Shown here in pieces: positions 1 through 11,615 of a DNA stretch of 51,071 bases. The DNA is taken from NCBI GenBank assembly GCA_015492515.1, contig WGEZ01000114.1, positions 1-51,071 on the forward strand. The letters run 5' to 3'. Position 1 is the stretch's first letter, and each line of letters starts with the position of its first letter. Position numbers and translations under genes: made by a program. The DNA is from Nitrospirota bacterium (GTDB lineage: Bacteria; Nitrospirota; Thermodesulfovibrionia; Thermodesulfovibrionales; JdFR-85). A model generated the notes under the pieces. The model made no database searches and had not been told where the DNA came from. It saw only the letters and a program-made list of their open reading frames with translations.

Positions 1-698
1 CTGAAGTACCTTGCAGGTCCCCGCTTCCTCACCCTCACAGGGCTTATGGGGGCCATGGCCTGGATCCGGGCCTTGATCTCATCCATCGGTACGCAACGCC
101 CCCTTGACCACTGGTTGTCCGAGCCGGGCATGAACTCTATGAACCTCACATGGTAGGGGGTGGTGATGGTGAGGCGTGCGAAGTCCTCGATCTCGTCGTC
201 GTTGATCCCCCTGATGGCCACGAAGTTCAGCTTCACGGGCCTGAGCCCCACGCCGTGGGCCTTCTCTATGCCCTTGAGCACGGCCTCTATCGAACCGCCC
301 CGGGTGATCTCGCTGTAGCGGTCCGGCCTGAGGGAGTCGAGGCTCACGTTCACCCTCTCCAGCCCCGCCTCCTTCAGCTCCTCTGCATACCTCTGCAGGA
401 GGACACCGTTCGTGGTGAGACTGATATCCTCGAGGCCGTCTATCTCCCGGAGCCTCCTTATCAGGTGGACGAGGTCCTTCCTTATCAGCGGTTCACCGCC
501 GGTGAGCCGGATCTTCGACACACCCAGACCCGCCGCGACCCTCACTATCCGCAGTATCTCCTCGTAGGTGAGGATCTCCCTGTGCACCACAGGCCTGATG
601 TCGTGGGGCATGCAGTACAGGCATCTGAGGTTGCACCTGTCGGTGACGGAGATCCTCATGTAGTCGATGACGCGGCGGTATCCGTCCTTCAGTCCCAT
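1..698 (-). CDS. moaA: GTP 3',8-cyclase MoaA (radical SAM), N-terminal ~232 codons; 3' end lies beyond the window edge
   Basis: Absent from the ORF track because it runs off the edge. My translation from ATG 698..696: MGLKDGYRRVIDYMRISVTDRCNLRCLYCMPHDIRP...RLTGGEPLIRKDL...NVSLDSLRPDRY. It has a CxxxCxxC cluster motif and the MoaA-typical GGEPL block. Confidence 0.85.
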   Translation of the reverse strand, partial: MGLKDGYRRVIDYMRISVTDRCNLRCLYCMPHDIRPVVHREILTYEEILRIVRVAAGLGVSKIRLTGGEPLIRKDLVHLIRRLREIDGLEDISLTTNGVLLQRYAEELKEAGLERVNVSLDSLRPDRYSEITRGGSIEAVLKGIEKAHGVGLRPVKLNFVAIRGINDDEIEDFARLTITTPYHVRFIEFMPGSDNQWSRGRCVPMDEIKARIQAMAPISPVRVRKRGPARYF

Positions 699-705
699 GA
701 GGCAC

Positions 706-1608
706 CTACTGCTTCTTCCCCTTTGTCAGCTCCTTGAGCTTCTTCTCCGCAAGCCCCGCCTCCTTTGACTTCGGGAAGCGCTCCCGCACCGTGGTGAGGA
801 TCACCTTCGCGGTGTTCCTGTCACCCAGCTCCAGGAAGGCATAGGCCTGCTTCAGCATCGCTCCGGGCACCTTCTCGCTCTTGGGAAACTTCCTGATGAG
901 GGTCTCGTAGGCGAGTATGGCCTCTTCCTGGTTCCCTTCCTTGTAGTAGGACTCGGCGATCCAGAAATGGGCGTTGTCGGAGAGCCTGGAGTCAGGGAAC
1001 CTCTTGAGGAAATCCTCGAAGGCCTTCCTCGCCTCTGCGAACTTCCCGTCCTTGAGGGTCGCCAGGGCGGCCTTGTAGACCTCCTCATCCGTGACAGGGG
1101 CCTGCTTCTCCGGAGGCCCCGGCGTCTCGGCAGGAGGAGGCGCCTTTGCAAGGGAGTCGATCCTCTCCTGAAGGACCTGCATCCTGGCCTCGAGCTGGTT
1201 CACCTCCTTTTCGAGCTCCTCGATCTGGGCCCTCAGCAGCGACCGTTCGGTCTCGCTGTCCTTCAGCGCCTTCTCCGTGGCAAACCTGCTCTCGTCGTAG
1301 CTGCCCTGCAGGATCTGGATGTCCCTGTTCAGCTCTGTCAGCTGGCTGTGCAGCCTCGCCTGGCTCTCCCTGAGCGCATCCAGTGTCTCCCTGGTCACCG
1401 CCTGTGCCGACGAGGCACCCTCGAGCCTGCCCATGGCCTCCCTGAGGGCCTTCACTTCCTGCCGCTGGGAGTAGAAGCCCCTCTTCAGCTGATTCACCTC
1501 GCTCCTGAGGGTCTCGAGGTTGTCCGTGGCACACCCTGAGAGGAGGAGCACCATCCCGATGAAGCCCCAGGAGAGCGGTCTGATGATGGATGCCGGAGCT
1601 CCCATCAT
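706..1608 (-). CDS. cpoB: Tol-Pal system protein CpoB/YbgF (lipoprotein signal, coiled coil, C-terminal TPR)
   Basis: 300 aa. Lipobox LLSGC, a long coiled-coil region, and a TPR block (FEDFLKRFPDSRLSDNAHFWIAESYY...). ATGA overlap with the pal stop; last gene of the tol-pal cluster. Confidence 0.8.
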   Translation of the reverse strand: MMGAPASIIRPLSWGFIGMVLLLSGCATDNLETLRSEVNQLKRGFYSQRQEVKALREAMGRLEGASSAQAVTRETLDALRESQARLHSQLTELNRDIQILQGSYDESRFATEKALKDSETERSLLRAQIEELEKEVNQLEARMQVLQERIDSLAKAPPPAETPGPPEKQAPVTDEEVYKAALATLKDGKFAEARKAFEDFLKRFPDSRLSDNAHFWIAESYYKEGNQEEAILAYETLIRKFPKSEKVPGAMLKQAYAFLELGDRNTAKVILTTVRERFPKSKEAGLAEKKLKELTKGKKQ

Positions 1609-2165
1609 TTACTGGCTTCCTCTTTCACCACCACGAAGTGCGCCCTCCTGTTCTGCCGCCAGCAGCCCTCGTTCTTTTCTGTGCAGAGGGGTCTCTCCTC
1701 ACCGTAACTCACCGTCTGGAGCCTCCTGGCCGAGACACCGAGGGAGACGAGGTAGTCCTTCGTGGCCCTCGCCCTCCGGTCACCGAGACCGAGGTTGTAT
1801 TCGTTCGTTCCTCTCTCGTCACAGTGACCCTCAATGACGAGCCTTGCAGGGGGGTTGTTGAGCATCCAGTCAGCTATTGCGCGGAGCGTGGGCTTGTCTT
1901 CGTCCTTGATATCGTAGCGATCGTAATCGAAGTGGATATCCTTGAAGATCCTCCTGATCTCCTCCTCTGTCAGCTTCATCGCAGAAGGCCCCTGGATATC
2001 CTCGGTCTGGACAGCGGCCAGCTCCTGCTCACCCACTGTCTCTCCTTCACCTGCCCTGGCTCCGGAAACCGCACCGGCCTCACCGGCCTCCGGCGAGGCT
2101 ACCTTCCTCTGTGCACAGGAAAAAGCAAGGCCTGCAACCAGAAGCAACAGAAAAAGCGTCCTCAT
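1605..2165 (-). CDS. pal: Peptidoglycan-associated lipoprotein Pal (OmpA-like domain)
   Basis: 186 aa. Lipobox LAFSC and OmpA-C motif VIEGHCDERGTNEYNLGLGDRRA...VSYGEE. Sits between tolB and cpoB. Confidence 0.9.
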   Translation of the reverse strand: MRTLFLLLLVAGLAFSCAQRKVASPEAGEAGAVSGARAGEGETVGEQELAAVQTEDIQGPSAMKLTEEEIRRIFKDIHFDYDRYDIKDEDKPTLRAIADWMLNNPPARLVIEGHCDERGTNEYNLGLGDRRARATKDYLVSLGVSARRLQTVSYGEERPLCTEKNEGCWRQNRRAHFVVVKEEASK

Positions 2166-2175
2166 GTCAAACCTC

Positions 2176-3459
2176 CTAAAATATTTTATTTGGTGACCAT
2201 CTCGGACCGAAGGCCCTCATGTCTCTGGATGTTATCCGCCTCTGGGCCTCTCCGTTGGCCCTCATGATATAGACCGCCTTCCAGCCGTCCCTGTCGGAGG
2301 TGAAGGCTATGTACCTGCCGTCGGGTGAGAAGGAGGGGTCCTCGTTGTTGCCGGTCTCGGTGAGCTGCCGGGGGTCTGTGCCGTCGGTGTTGACGGTGAA
2401 TATCTGGTTCTTCCCGTCGACGCGGCTGCTGTAGGCTATCCTGTCGCCCCTCGGAGACCAGACGGGTGAGGTGTTGTAAGTGCCGCTGTAGGTGACCCGC
2501 CTCAGATCCCTTCCATCGATCCCCATGATGTAGACCTGGGGTGTACCGCCGTGATCCGAGACGAAGGCCACCATCCTCCCGTCGGGGGAGACGGTGGGCG
2601 AGATCTCTATGGATCGCCTCCTGGTCAGCCTCTTCACCTTCCTGGTGTTTAGGTCGTAGAGATAGATGTCCGGTGTGCCGGCCCTTGAGGAGGAGAAGAG
2701 AAAGCCGCTGCCGTCGGGCAGGAAATCACCGACGAGGTTGGTCCCTTCGGAACGGAGCAGGAGCATCTCCTTCCTCCTGTCGAAGTCCACCAGGAAGATA
2801 CCCCACTGTCTGCCCCTCTCGGAGGAGTAGAGGAGCTTCCTGCCGTCGGGGGACCAGTGGGGCGTCAGGATCAGGTCTCCGGTTATGCCGGTCCTCTTCA
2901 CCCTCCTGCCGTCCCAGTCCGCTATGTAGATCCCCTTCCTCCCGCCCCTCTCACCGATGAAGGCGATCTTCGTCCTGAAGACCCCGTCCTCGCCGGTCAC
3001 CCTCTTGTAGAGGTCGTCGGCGATCGCATGGGCGAGGGGTCTCAGGTGCCTCTTCACGGCCCTGTACTTCTTCTGGAGTATCCTCCTGCCGTCGATCACG
3101 TCATAGAGGTAGCAGGTGACCACAAGGTGGTCGCCCTCACGGTTCACGGTCCCCTTCACCACCATCTCCACCCCGAGGGGTGACCAGTTCAGGGGGTCGA
3201 AGACGGGGAGGGCGGTCTCGATGTAGGCCTCCCTCTCGACGAAGGAGAAGATGCCCGAGAAGACGAGGTCGTCCCTGATGATGTCCGCTATCTCAGAGCC
3301 CTCCGGAACCCCCGGGAACTCGTACACCGCAAGGGGTATGCTCCTGTACCCCGGTGAGGTGATGTCGATGTAGACCCTGGCACCCGCCGTGACGGGGGAC
3401 CGGAGGCCGAAGAGGAGGACGAGAAGGGGGATGATGAGCAGCCTTGCACCGGAGCTCAT
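2176..3459 (-). CDS. tolB: Tol-Pal system beta-propeller protein TolB
   Basis: Internal start MSSGARLLIIPLLVLLFG (cat at 3457..3459) within the 627-aa track ORF. Signal peptide plus repeated PD40/WD-like blocks (SPDGR...). 4-nt overlap with the tolA stop. Confidence 0.9.
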   Translation of the reverse strand: MSSGARLLIIPLLVLLFGLRSPVTAGARVYIDITSPGYRSIPLAVYEFPGVPEGSEIADIIRDDLVFSGIFSFVEREAYIETALPVFDPLNWSPLGVEMVVKGTVNREGDHLVVTCYLYDVIDGRRILQKKYRAVKRHLRPLAHAIADDLYKRVTGEDGVFRTKIAFIGERGGRKGIYIADWDGRRVKRTGITGDLILTPHWSPDGRKLLYSSERGRQWGIFLVDFDRRKEMLLLRSEGTNLVGDFLPDGSGFLFSSSRAGTPDIYLYDLNTRKVKRLTRRRSIEISPTVSPDGRMVAFVSDHGGTPQVYIMGIDGRDLRRVTYSGTYNTSPVWSPRGDRIAYSSRVDGKNQIFTVNTDGTDPRQLTETGNNEDPSFSPDGRYIAFTSDRDGWKAVYIMRANGEAQRRITSRDMRAFGPRWSPNKIF

Positions 3460-4142
3460 GGTGTAAACCTCAACCCGATCTGCATCTCGTAGGGCGGCGG
3501 GGGGAAGGGCGAGGCCTTGGCTATCGCCCTGAGGGCGGAACGGTCGAAGAGGCTGTTTCCCGACGACCTCTCCACCCCCTGCACGACGACCCTGCCGTCC
3601 TTGAAGATCCTGATGTTGACCACCGTCTCGAGACCGTCCACGGCCCTGAACTCCGGGAAGACCCACTCGTTCCAGACCCTCTCCTGGATCATCGTGTAGT
3701 ATCCCGCCATCAGGGAGGCGCCCCGGGCCGGGCCGTCGCCGGAGGACTCCGAGGCCTCCCGGCCTTCCGTCTTCGACTTCCTCACCGATAGGACCGCCCT
3801 TCTCAGCTCCACTATCCGCCTGATCCTCTTCTTTGCACCGAGGGCTGCGATCCTCTCCTGGACGGTGACCATATCGGGCTCCTTCTTTACCGGCTTCGGC
3901 ATCTCCTTCGGCTTCCGGGCCTCCCGCATCTTCTTGATCGCCTTCGCCTTCCTGGCCCTCCTGACGCTGAGGTCGGCCTTGGTCCTCCCTGTCCCGGCCG
4001 GGGTGACGATCCTCACCTTGTACGGAGACGGTATGGCGATGTGCGAGTTCCTCTTCCACAGCCCGAGCGCGGCGACGAAGACGACGGCGTGGAGGAGGAC
4101 CGAGAGGGCGGCCGTCACCTTCAGGGAGGGCTCCCTCATCAC
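3456..4142 (-). CDS. tolA: TolA-like protein (N-terminal TM anchor, Lys-rich linker, TonB/TolA C-terminal domain)
   Basis: 228 aa. TM segment LSVLLHAVVFVAALGLW, charged linker, and a TonB_C-like end. Position between tolR and tolB; ATGA overlaps on both sides. Confidence 0.7.
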   Translation of the reverse strand: MMREPSLKVTAALSVLLHAVVFVAALGLWKRNSHIAIPSPYKVRIVTPAGTGRTKADLSVRRARKAKAIKKMREARKPKEMPKPVKKEPDMVTVQERIAALGAKKRIRRIVELRRAVLSVRKSKTEGREASESSGDGPARGASLMAGYYTMIQERVWNEWVFPEFRAVDGLETVVNIRIFKDGRVVVQGVERSSGNSLFDRSALRAIAKASPFPPPPYEMQIGLRFTP

Positions 4143-4540
4143 CTCAGCCTCGCCTTCGGTTCAGTGATCAGGCCGACCTTCTCTATCCCCACGTCCTTAA
4201 TCTCGGCCATCACCCTCGCGACCTTGCCGTAGGGGACCCTTCTGTCCGCCTTGAGGTAGACGTCAGGGTTCCGCTTGCTGACGGCCTTCAGCTTCCTTCT
4301 CATCTCCTCCGTGGTGACCTTCCTGTTGTTCAGGAATATGGCGCCGTCCTTCTTCACGGTCACCGTGATCCTCTCCTCCGCCGGCAGCTCCTTCCCCTTC
4401 GCCTTCGGCAGCTCCACGTCGAGCCCCTGCTTCAGCAGCGGAGCGGTCACCATGAAGATGATCAGCAGCACCAGCATCACGTCCACGAGGGGGGTCACGT
4501 TTATCTCGCTCATGACCCTTCTTTCACCACGCCTTCTCAT
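4139..4540 (-). CDS. tolR: Biopolymer transport protein TolR/ExbD
   Basis: MRRRGERRVMSEINVTPLVDVMLVLLIIFMV... ExbD/TolR signature. I chose the start at 4540 because of its ATGA overlap with the tolQ stop; the alternative is ATG 4513. The 322-aa track ORF is an out-of-context upstream extension. Confidence 0.85.
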   Translation of the reverse strand: MRRRGERRVMSEINVTPLVDVMLVLLIIFMVTAPLLKQGLDVELPKAKGKELPAEERITVTVKKDGAIFLNNRKVTTEEMRRKLKAVSKRNPDVYLKADRRVPYGKVARVMAEIKDVGIEKVGLITEPKARLR

Positions 4541-5217
4541 AGGGGACCGCTGATATCCTCCTGGTAGACGCCGACGCCCTCCTCCCTCAGGCGTCCGGCC
4601 TGCCTGCTGAAGTAATCGAGGAGCTCCTCCGAGAAGTCCTCCATCTCTATCGTCATCCTCCTTGCCATGCTGAGGAAGTAGTTGTACCCGATGACCGCCG
4701 GTATGGCCGCGGCGAGTCCCATGGCGGTGGCTATCAGGGCCTCGGCAATGCCAGGAGCCACAACAGCCAGGGAGGCCGACCCGGCGGCGCCTATGCCGCT
4801 GAAGGCGTTCATTATCCCCCAGACCGTGCCGAAGAGCCCGATGAAGGGCGTGGTTGAACCCGTTGTGGCCAGGAAGTTCAGGTAGCGCTCGAGCCTCGCC
4901 GCCTCGAGGGCCTCGTATCGCCTGAGCGCCCTCCTTATCTCGTCTGTCCCCCTCTTGCGCTCGGAGTTCACCGCCCTGAACAGCCTCGAGAGGGGACTTA
5001 TGTGGAGGGGTCGGCTCACCTGCGCCAGACGTCTCGGGTCCTTGCCGCTCTGGTAGAGTCTGACGAAGAGGTCCGTCTCCTTCCTGGCCTTCGAGAAGTA
5101 GCGCCATTTGTAAAGGATGATCGCCCAGGACGTCACGGAGAAGAAGAAGAGCAGCAGGAGGACACCCTTCACGACCCCGCCGGCGTTCAGTACCAGTTCT
5201 ATCGCCGTGCTCTGCAT
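4537..5217 (-). CDS. tolQ: Tol-Pal proton channel protein TolQ (MotA/TolQ/ExbB family)
   Basis: 226 aa. Three TM segments and the conserved TAPFIGLFGTVWGIMNAF-type block (TTPFIGLFGTVWGIMNAF). Confidence 0.9.
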   Translation of the reverse strand: MQSTAIELVLNAGGVVKGVLLLLFFFSVTSWAIILYKWRYFSKARKETDLFVRLYQSGKDPRRLAQVSRPLHISPLSRLFRAVNSERKRGTDEIRRALRRYEALEAARLERYLNFLATTGSTTPFIGLFGTVWGIMNAFSGIGAAGSASLAVVAPGIAEALIATAMGLAAAIPAVIGYNYFLSMARRMTIEMEDFSEELLDYFSRQAGRLREEGVGVYQEDISGPL

Positions 5218-5284
5218 CTACACCCCCTTGGATCGTTTTAACGATCGTAAACCGGGCGGACTCGATCCTGTCACCCGGTCCATT

Positions 5285-7696
<2,412 letters not shown>

Positions 7697-7707
7697 TCAC
7701 CCGGGGA

Positions 7708-8808
7708 TCATATCCTCATCGGCATGATCACACACCTGTAGTCCTGGCGTCCATCCCTCAGGAGGGTCGGGGTGAGGGGTTCCTGGAGCTCGAAGACGAC
7801 CTTCTCCTCGGTCAATGCATTCAGCGCATCGAGCAGGTACCGGGCGTTGAACCCGAGAGAGATCGCCTCACCCTGGTAATCGACGGCGATCTCGTCGCTT
7901 GCATCGCCGATGTCGGGATTGGATGCCGAGATCTTCAGAAGCCCGGGCGAGAGGTCCATCTTCACGGCGTTGCTCCTCTCCCTGCTTATCACCGAGACCC
8001 TTCTCAGGGACTTTATAAACTCCTCCCTTGTTATGACCACCCTCTTTTCATTCCCCTCCGGGATCACCTGCTCGTAATCAGGGTATGTACCCTCGATCAG
8101 TCGGACGAGGAACTCCACGTCACCGATGACGAAGGAGGCGTGGTTCGGCGCTATCTGCATCCGGACGGTGACGGCCTCTGAGGAGAGGAACCTCCTCAGC
8201 TCCGAGGCGGACTTCCTCGGTATGATCACCTTCATCTCCCTGTCCGTGGCCAGCTCGACCGTGTCATCGATCGCCGCGAGCCTGTGACCGTCCGTCCCGA
8301 CGACGGTGAACCTTTTGACGTCGGGACGGATATGGAAGAGGAGGCTGTTCAGCGTGTATCTGGTGTCACTCTCACCCGCTGCATAGAGCGTCAGCTCTAT
8401 CATCTCCAGGAGCTTCTCCGAGCCCATCCGGATCGAGATGCTGTCGGCGAGCTTCGGCCATTTCGGAAAATCATCGGGGTTCATGCAGGCGAGCCTGAAG
8501 CTGCTCCTTCCGGCGCCTATCCTGAGCCACTCCTGCCCCTCGCTCTCCATCGATACATCGCCTTCCACCTCCTTCACGATCTCGAAGAGCTTTCTCGCCG
8601 GTATGCAGAGGTCTCCGCCCTCCTTCACCTCCGCGGGATTGATGGGCTCCTTTATCGCCGTCTCCAGATCCGTCGCCGAGATGAAGGAGCTCTCACCCGT
8701 GCTCATCAGGAAGTGCCCCAGGATCGGCATCGTCGTCTTCTTGTCGACGATGCTCTGGATGTCGGAAAGTCTCTTGAGGAGCTCATCCCTTGAAATAACG
8801 ATATTCAT
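7708..8808 (-). CDS. dnaN: DNA polymerase III beta sliding clamp
   Basis: 366 aa with typical three-domain clamp sequence (MNIVISRDELLKRLSDIQSIV...LRDGRQDYRCVIMPMRI). Lies between dnaA and gyrB. Confidence 0.95.
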   Translation of the reverse strand: MNIVISRDELLKRLSDIQSIVDKKTTMPILGHFLMSTGESSFISATDLETAIKEPINPAEVKEGGDLCIPARKLFEIVKEVEGDVSMESEGQEWLRIGAGRSSFRLACMNPDDFPKWPKLADSISIRMGSEKLLEMIELTLYAAGESDTRYTLNSLLFHIRPDVKRFTVVGTDGHRLAAIDDTVELATDREMKVIIPRKSASELRRFLSSEAVTVRMQIAPNHASFVIGDVEFLVRLIEGTYPDYEQVIPEGNEKRVVITREEFIKSLRRVSVISRERSNAVKMDLSPGLLKISASNPDIGDASDEIAVDYQGEAISLGFNARYLLDALNALTEEKVVFELQEPLTPTLLRDGRQDYRCVIMPMRI

Positions 8809-8821
8809 AAAAAGCCTCCCT

Positions 8822-10156
8822 TCAGCCTTTTATTTTTTCTATCAGGCTCTTGATTATGCGGTCGAATGAATCGTCGGCCTCTCTCCTCTTCTCTATCTGC
8901 CTGCAGGCGTATATCACGGTCGCGTGATCCTTTCCGCCGAAGTTCTTCCCGATGTCGTTCAGGGAGAGGTCGGTCAGCTCCCTGCAGAGATACATGGCGA
9001 TCTGCCTCGGCAGGGCGATCTCCTTCGTCCTCTTCTTCGCCTTCAGGTCCTGCACCCTTATTCCGTAAAACCCCGCCACCGCCTTCTGGATGACCTCGAC
9101 CGTCACGGGTCTGTCCTCGGTGTAGAGGAAGTCCTTCAGCACGCTCTTCGCCATCTCGATCCCGATCGGCACGCCGGTAAGCGAGGAGTAGGCGGCCAGT
9201 TTTATCAGGCACCCCTCCAGCTCCCTGATGTTGGACTTCACCTTGGAGGCGAGCCAGTAGGCGACGTCCTGGGGGATCTTTATCTTCTGGTACTCCGCCT
9301 TCTTGTACAGTATGGCCATCTTCGTCTCCACGGAAGGGGCCTGTATGTCTGCAATCAGTCCCATGGTGAACCTCGACTTCAGCCTGTCCGTTATGTCCGA
9401 GATGTCCTTCGGAGGCCTGTCGCTTGAGATGACGATCTGTTTCTGCTGCTCGTACAGGGAGTTGAAGGTGTGGAAGAACTCCTCCTGAGTCTGAATCTTG
9501 TTGGCGATGAAATGGATGTCGTCGATCATCAGGAGGTCGACGTTCCTGTACTTCTTCTTCAGCTCACCCATCTTGTCATGCCTTATGGCTGCAACCACCT
9601 CGTTCGTGAACTGCTCTGAAGGGACGTAGAGCACGTGGAGCGAGGGCTTCCTGTCTATCACCCTGTTGCCTATGGCGTTGATGAGGTGTGTCTTGCCCAG
9701 TCCCACCCCACCGTATATGAAGAGCGGATTGTAGGTCTTGCCGAGGGATTCCGCCACCTTCCGGGCCGCGGCATGGGCAAGGTGGTTCGACGGCCCTACG
9801 ACGAACTCCTCAAAGGTGTATTTCGGATTGAGGAATATCCCCTTGCTCCTCAACGTGCGGCGACGGCTGTTTATCTGGGCCTCGAGCCTCTTCACCTCGC
9901 TGTCCTGCTTCTCGGCAACCCTGTACCTGACGGAGAGCTCAAGCCCGGTGTGGGTCCTGATCACGTCCTGAATGATCTCTGAATAGTTCTCATCTATCCA
10001 CTCCCTGTAGAACCTGTTCGGGATCTCCACAAGGGCGTGGTCGTTCTTTATCTGCCTCAGCTTGACCGGCTTGAACCATAGTTCGAATACACTGTCTCCC
10101 ACCCTCTTCTGGATATCTTCAAGACACTTATTCCATATCATTGCAGTATCCATCAA
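8822..10156 (-). CDS. dnaA: Chromosomal replication initiator DnaA
   Basis: 444 aa. Walker A GGVGLGKTHL, LLMIDDIHF, and the C-terminal DNA-binding domain ...FGGKDHATVIYACRQIE. Confidence 0.97.
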   Translation of the reverse strand: MMDTAMIWNKCLEDIQKRVGDSVFELWFKPVKLRQIKNDHALVEIPNRFYREWIDENYSEIIQDVIRTHTGLELSVRYRVAEKQDSEVKRLEAQINSRRRTLRSKGIFLNPKYTFEEFVVGPSNHLAHAAARKVAESLGKTYNPLFIYGGVGLGKTHLINAIGNRVIDRKPSLHVLYVPSEQFTNEVVAAIRHDKMGELKKKYRNVDLLMIDDIHFIANKIQTQEEFFHTFNSLYEQQKQIVISSDRPPKDISDITDRLKSRFTMGLIADIQAPSVETKMAILYKKAEYQKIKIPQDVAYWLASKVKSNIRELEGCLIKLAAYSSLTGVPIGIEMAKSVLKDFLYTEDRPVTVEVIQKAVAGFYGIRVQDLKAKKRTKEIALPRQIAMYLCRELTDLSLNDIGKNFGGKDHATVIYACRQIEKRREADDSFDRIIKSLIEKIKG

Positions 10157-10468
10157 TGCCCGTCCCTGAAACTTATCAACAGTCTATTAACAAATGTTAA
10201 TAAAATCCAACGCTGCTGAAACATTATAAATAATCCGTCAGCTCAAAGCAAGAAAAGGCTATGGATAAGCTGTCGGTATCCTGTTAATTTTATTTAACAC
10301 CTCCGGTGTTGTTAAAAACATACAGATACCGGCATGGAAAGTATCACGATTATCCACTCCGTAAGACGGTGAATCATAAACATAACCATGCGATCCTGAC
10401 ATATCAACAGCCGCTACTACGTCTACTCCTCCCTTACTGTTTAAAACAAGGAGTAACAGCAGAGAGAC
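10157..10468. promoter_or_regulatory. AT-rich dnaA-upstream spacer with degenerate DnaA boxes (candidate oriC and/or dnaA autoregulatory region)
   Basis: Markedly AT-rich compared with its flanks.
- One mismatch from TTATCCACA: TTATCAACA 10173..10181 (+), TTATCCATA as the reverse complement of 10260..10268, TTATCCACT 10350..10358 (+).
- Two-mismatch boxes: 10307..10315 (-) and 10401..10409 (+).
- AT tracts such as ttaacaaatgttaataaaat and ttaattttatttaaca.
- No perfect box. Confidence 0.5.
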
Positions 10469-11603
10469 CTAAGCACCGGACTTCATCCCCCTGAGGGACT
10501 CTTTTGACTGCAGCTTCAGATAGGCACGGATGAAGTCGTCGATCTCACCGTCGAGCACTGCATCGACGTTACCCGTCTCCATCCCCGTCCTGTGATCCTT
10601 TATCAGTCTGTAGGGATGCAGCACATAGGAGCGTATCTGGCTTCCCCAGGCGATCTCCTTCTTTTCGCCGATGAGGTCCTCCATCATCTTCTCCTGTTCC
10701 CTCAGTTTCAGGTCGTAGAGCCTTGCCTTCAGGATCTTCATCGCCGTCGCCCTGTTCTTGTGCTGTGACCTGTCGTTCTGGCAGCTCACCACTATGCCCG
10801 TGGGTATGTGGGTGATCCTGACCGCTGAGGAGACCTTGTTCACGTGCTGACCTCCGGCACCCGAGGCCCTGAAGGTATCGATCTTGAGGTCCTCCTCCCT
10901 GATCTCTACATCGACGGTGTCCTCCACCTCTGGATAGACGAGCACGGCTGCAAAGGAGGTGTGCCTCCTCCTGTTTGCATCAAAGGGTGATATCCTGACG
11001 AGTCTGTGGACCCCTGCCTCTGACTTGAGGTATCCGTAAGCATAGGGTCCTGAAACGGTTATGGTGGCGCCCTTTATCCCTGCCTCTTCGCCCTGCTGGA
11101 GGTCTATTATCTCCGTCTTGAACCCGTGTCTTTCAGCCCATCGGAGATACATCCTCATCAGTATCTGGGCCCAGTCCTGACTCTCCGTACCTCCGGCGCC
11201 GGGGTGTATCTCCAGTATGGCGTTGCCCTTGTCCAGCTCATCGTGGAGGAGGAACTTCAACTCCAGTGACTCCACGTCGTTCTTCAGGCCCTGAAGCTCG
11301 CTGAGATACTCGTCAAGGAAGAGCTCACCCCCCTCTTCTGAAAGGACGTCCAGGGATCCGACGAGGTACTGAAGTCTCTCCGTTGCACGTAGAAAAGGCA
11401 GGAGCAGGTCTTCGATGCCCGCCTTTCTCTTCTGCAGGTCCATCAGCCTGGCCTGATCAGACCATACATCCTCTCTTGTCAACTCATCGTTTATCCGTTC
11501 CAGCTCCTTTTCAAGGGAAGCTACATCAAAGACAGCCTCGTAGGTCTTTTATCTTCTCACCCAGGAGGTTCAGTTCCTCCTTGATCTCCTTCTCTGCGAT
11601 CAT
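10469..11603 (-). CDS. prfB: Peptide chain release factor 2, expressed through a programmed +1 frameshift
   Basis: ORF0 ATG 11603: MIAEKEIKEELNLLGEKIKDLRGCL then TGA (11528..11526). The +1 frame continues DVASLEKELERINDELTREDVWSDQ... into the 337-aa track ORF, which carries SPF and GGQHVNK motifs. Confidence 0.9.
11526..11531 (-). other. RF2 autoregulatory +1 frameshift site CTT TGA
   Basis: Minus-strand reading cga ggc tgt CTT TGA tgt. In-frame UGA after a CUU Leu codon, with GAGG upstream as an SD-like stimulator. Confidence 0.85.
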
Positions 11604-11615
11604 ATCGTCCTCCTT

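Noticed and set aside
150-737. 195-aa plus-strand ORF at the left edge
   Set aside because: It is antisense to a clear moaA reading frame (CxxxCxxC, GGEPL). Its composition (G/E/D/H/P/V/L rich, no motifs) is typical of shadow ORFs in GC-rich DNA.
2176-4059. 627-aa version of the tolB ORF, and similar long N-terminal extensions of tolR (4139..5107), hisC (45401..46993) and tyrA (47901..48947)
   Set aside because: The extensions read through neighbouring genes in another frame and are low-complexity (R/G/E/P). Canonical N termini with signal peptides or Rossmann motifs, and ATGA-type overlaps, mark the internal starts.
10306-10494. 62-aa ORF inside the dnaA-upstream spacer
   Set aside because: It is AT-rich, has no SD, has a His/Lys/Tyr-rich odd composition, and overlaps the DnaA-box region and the prfB stop. 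A non-coding origin/promoter region is more likely.
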